Source of the DNA: a virus
Length of the DNA stretch: 64,000 bases
Direction: 5' to 3' (one strand)
Virus record (IMG/VR): IMGVR_UViG_3300029922_000015
Location: 85,935 to 149,934 of that record
A program made the position numbers and the translations under genes. This document shows positions 62,559-64,000 of the stretch, piece after piece. The notes beneath the pieces are model-generated. The model was not told the DNA's origin and did no database searches. It worked only from the letters and a program-made list of their open reading frames with translations. Numbering within the stretch: the first letter of the stretch is position 1; each line of letters starts with the position of its first letter.

Positions 62559-62750
62559 ATGGCTGACCCTCTTTATAACACCCGATATGATTTTTTAGCT
62601 CGCTTGCACTCCCAAGTTCAACATTCGGGAGATTTAGCTGCATTCCTCACAGAATCAGGCACATACACTCCACTAAGTTATTACGAACAGTGGAAATGGT
62701 CTAATGAAATTGCTAAGAAGCAAGATTTGTTTGCTTTAACTTCTGATTAA
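62559..62750 (+). CDS. hypothetical protein (probable late gene)
   Basis: GTGTAAT at 62539 upstream. Confidence 0.6.
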   Translation: MADPLYNTRYDFLARLHSQVQHSGDLAAFLTESGTYTPLSYYEQWKWSNEIAKKQDLFALTSD

Positions 62751-62751
62751 A

Positions 62752-64000
62752 ATGCCTACTTACGTAAAAATTACAGACCTGCCCGACGTTCCGATTTCTC
62801 TAACCGGAGAAGAATTATTAGAAATCGTTCAAGGGGGCACTTCTTATAGCGCGACTACTCAGCAAATCGCTAATTTAGGAGGAGGCGGTGGCGGAGCGGT
62901 AACAAGCGTGGCCGGACGCACAGGCGCGGTCACTTTGACATCTAACGATCTAACCGACGCGACAACAACGGGACAAGCGTTAATCACGGCGGCGAGCCAA
63001 ACAGCGGCTCGCACAGCTTTAGGACTAGGCGATCTTGCTACCGTTACTCCCGGTTCTGGGGTGGCGACCGCGTTAGCGGCAAATTTAAATAGCACTAATG
63101 GCCTTATGGCCCTTGATGGGGCGGGCAATGCTAATTTTCCATCCCTCGCTTCGGCTTTTAGTGCTCTTTATATAGGAACAGAACCACATACCATCTCCAT
63201 CGGTGCCAGTTCTGGTACTGCCGCTTGGGTCAATACGGATGGGTCATTCTCCTTATCTGGCGGCAATCTTGTTGGGGATACATCCGGTAATGTCACGATG
63301 TTTGGTAATATTTTGGCATCTAATGGTGACAAATGGGCTGACGTAAATAACAGAATAATTTACGATCAATATAATGAACAAGCTATCAGCACAGTATCAG
63401 ATACTTGGAACACGGATTATCTAACGACCCTTATTTCCGACCCTGATTATGGTTATGTCGCCATCAATGGTCAATTATTTGTTCGCAATTCTATACAAGT
63501 ACAACCATTCGGGGGTTCTTCGGTTACTCAGCTTAACTACGATGGTTCAGCTTCTTTTGCTAATGGTTATGTAACTATTGATACTAGTGGAGACGTGCAG
63601 ATCGTTAATCAAAGCTTAATCGTTAGCAACACAGGTAATGAAGCTGTAATGCGTCTTTCTGAAAAAAGTAATGGCGAAGTTACTTGGGCATATAATGTTA
63701 ATCCCAATAACTCGGATAGCTTGGACAATACAACCGATATGGCATGGAAGTTTGCTATGGCGGGGGTTAACTCAACTAGCTCAATCAACATTCAATCTTC
63801 GCCAGCTAACTCAGACAGTTGGACTGGTACAAAGCTTTGGTCTATTTCAGCCACTGGTGCTCTTTACATGGATAGTGGTGTTATCATCACCGATGGTTCT
63901 GGAAACATGCAGTGGGGAAATGGTGAAGCGGGTTACATCACGGTTATCAATAGTTCTGGAGAACTTCAATACCCTTCAGGTGATCAACTTCTGACAGATA
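62752..64000 (+). CDS. tail fibre / virion protein (runs off window)
   Basis: Frame checked manually and open to 64000: KITDLP...GGGGGGAVTSVAGRTGAVTL...AARTALGLG, G/S/T/N-rich. Confidence 0.8.
   Translation, partial: MPTYVKITDLPDVPISLTGEELLEIVQGGTSYSATTQQIANLGGGGGGAVTSVAGRTGAVTLTSNDLTDATTTGQALITAASQTAARTALGLGDLATVTPGSGVATALAANLNSTNGLMALDGAGNANFPSLASAFSALYIGTEPHTISIGASSGTAAWVNTDGSFSLSGGNLVGDTSGNVTMFGNILASNGDKWADVNNRIIYDQYNEQAISTVSDTWNTDYLTTLISDPDYGYVAINGQLFVRNSIQVQPFGGSSVTQLNYDGSASFANGYVTIDTSGDVQIVNQSLIVSNTGNEAVMRLSEKSNGEVTWAYNVNPNNSDSLDNTTDMAWKFAMAGVNSTSSINIQSSPANSDSWTGTKLWSISATGALYMDSGVIITDGSGNMQWGNGEAGYITVINSSGELQYPSGDQLLTD

Noticed and set aside
1-64000. Stop-codon reassignment explaining the many short ORFs
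   Set aside because: Recognisable proteins are full length in code 11 and end in TAA, TAG or TGA; short ORFs have their own promoters or coupled starts

Overview
A 64-kb segment of a large, AT-rich dsDNA tailed phage genome. I recognise no rRNA, tRNA, CRISPR array or integrase. Layout: (i) 1-5.8 kb, a leftward block (HNH endonuclease, dATP/dGTP diphosphohydrolase, vWA protein, small DNA-binding proteins). (ii) 6.1-52.7 kb, a rightward early/accessory region of well over 100 mostly tiny ORFs. It holds eight paralogous putative amidoligases (COOH-NH2 ligase, glutamine-synthetase-like fold), two class II glutamine amidotransferases, a pyrimidine-dimer glycosylase, a GNAT, several tandem paralogue families and several structured non-coding gaps. 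(iii) About 52.9-56.4 kb, a GC-richer island with a ~400-nt structured RNA candidate and a stand-alone RuvB-like ATPase; it may be a terminal repeat or pre-early region. (iv) 56.4-61.6 kb, a leftward block (DUF4326, Nudix, DprA/SLOG-like). (v) phoH and the start of a tail-fibre-like gene. Two promoter grammars are readable in the DNA. The first is sigma70-like TTGACW-N7-AATC-N6-TAnnnT, with the start codon exactly 35 nt after the first base of the -35 box in at least 29 cases (predicted leaderless mRNAs). The second is GTGTAAT-N7-ATG, upstream of three minus-strand genes (two of them embedded antisense in the early region). The best candidates for new biology are the eight-fold amidoligase/GATase expansion with its unnamed partner protein, the 400-nt RNA + RuvB unit, and two recurrent RNA motifs. 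All product calls come from motif recognition by eye; no database search or folding program was run.
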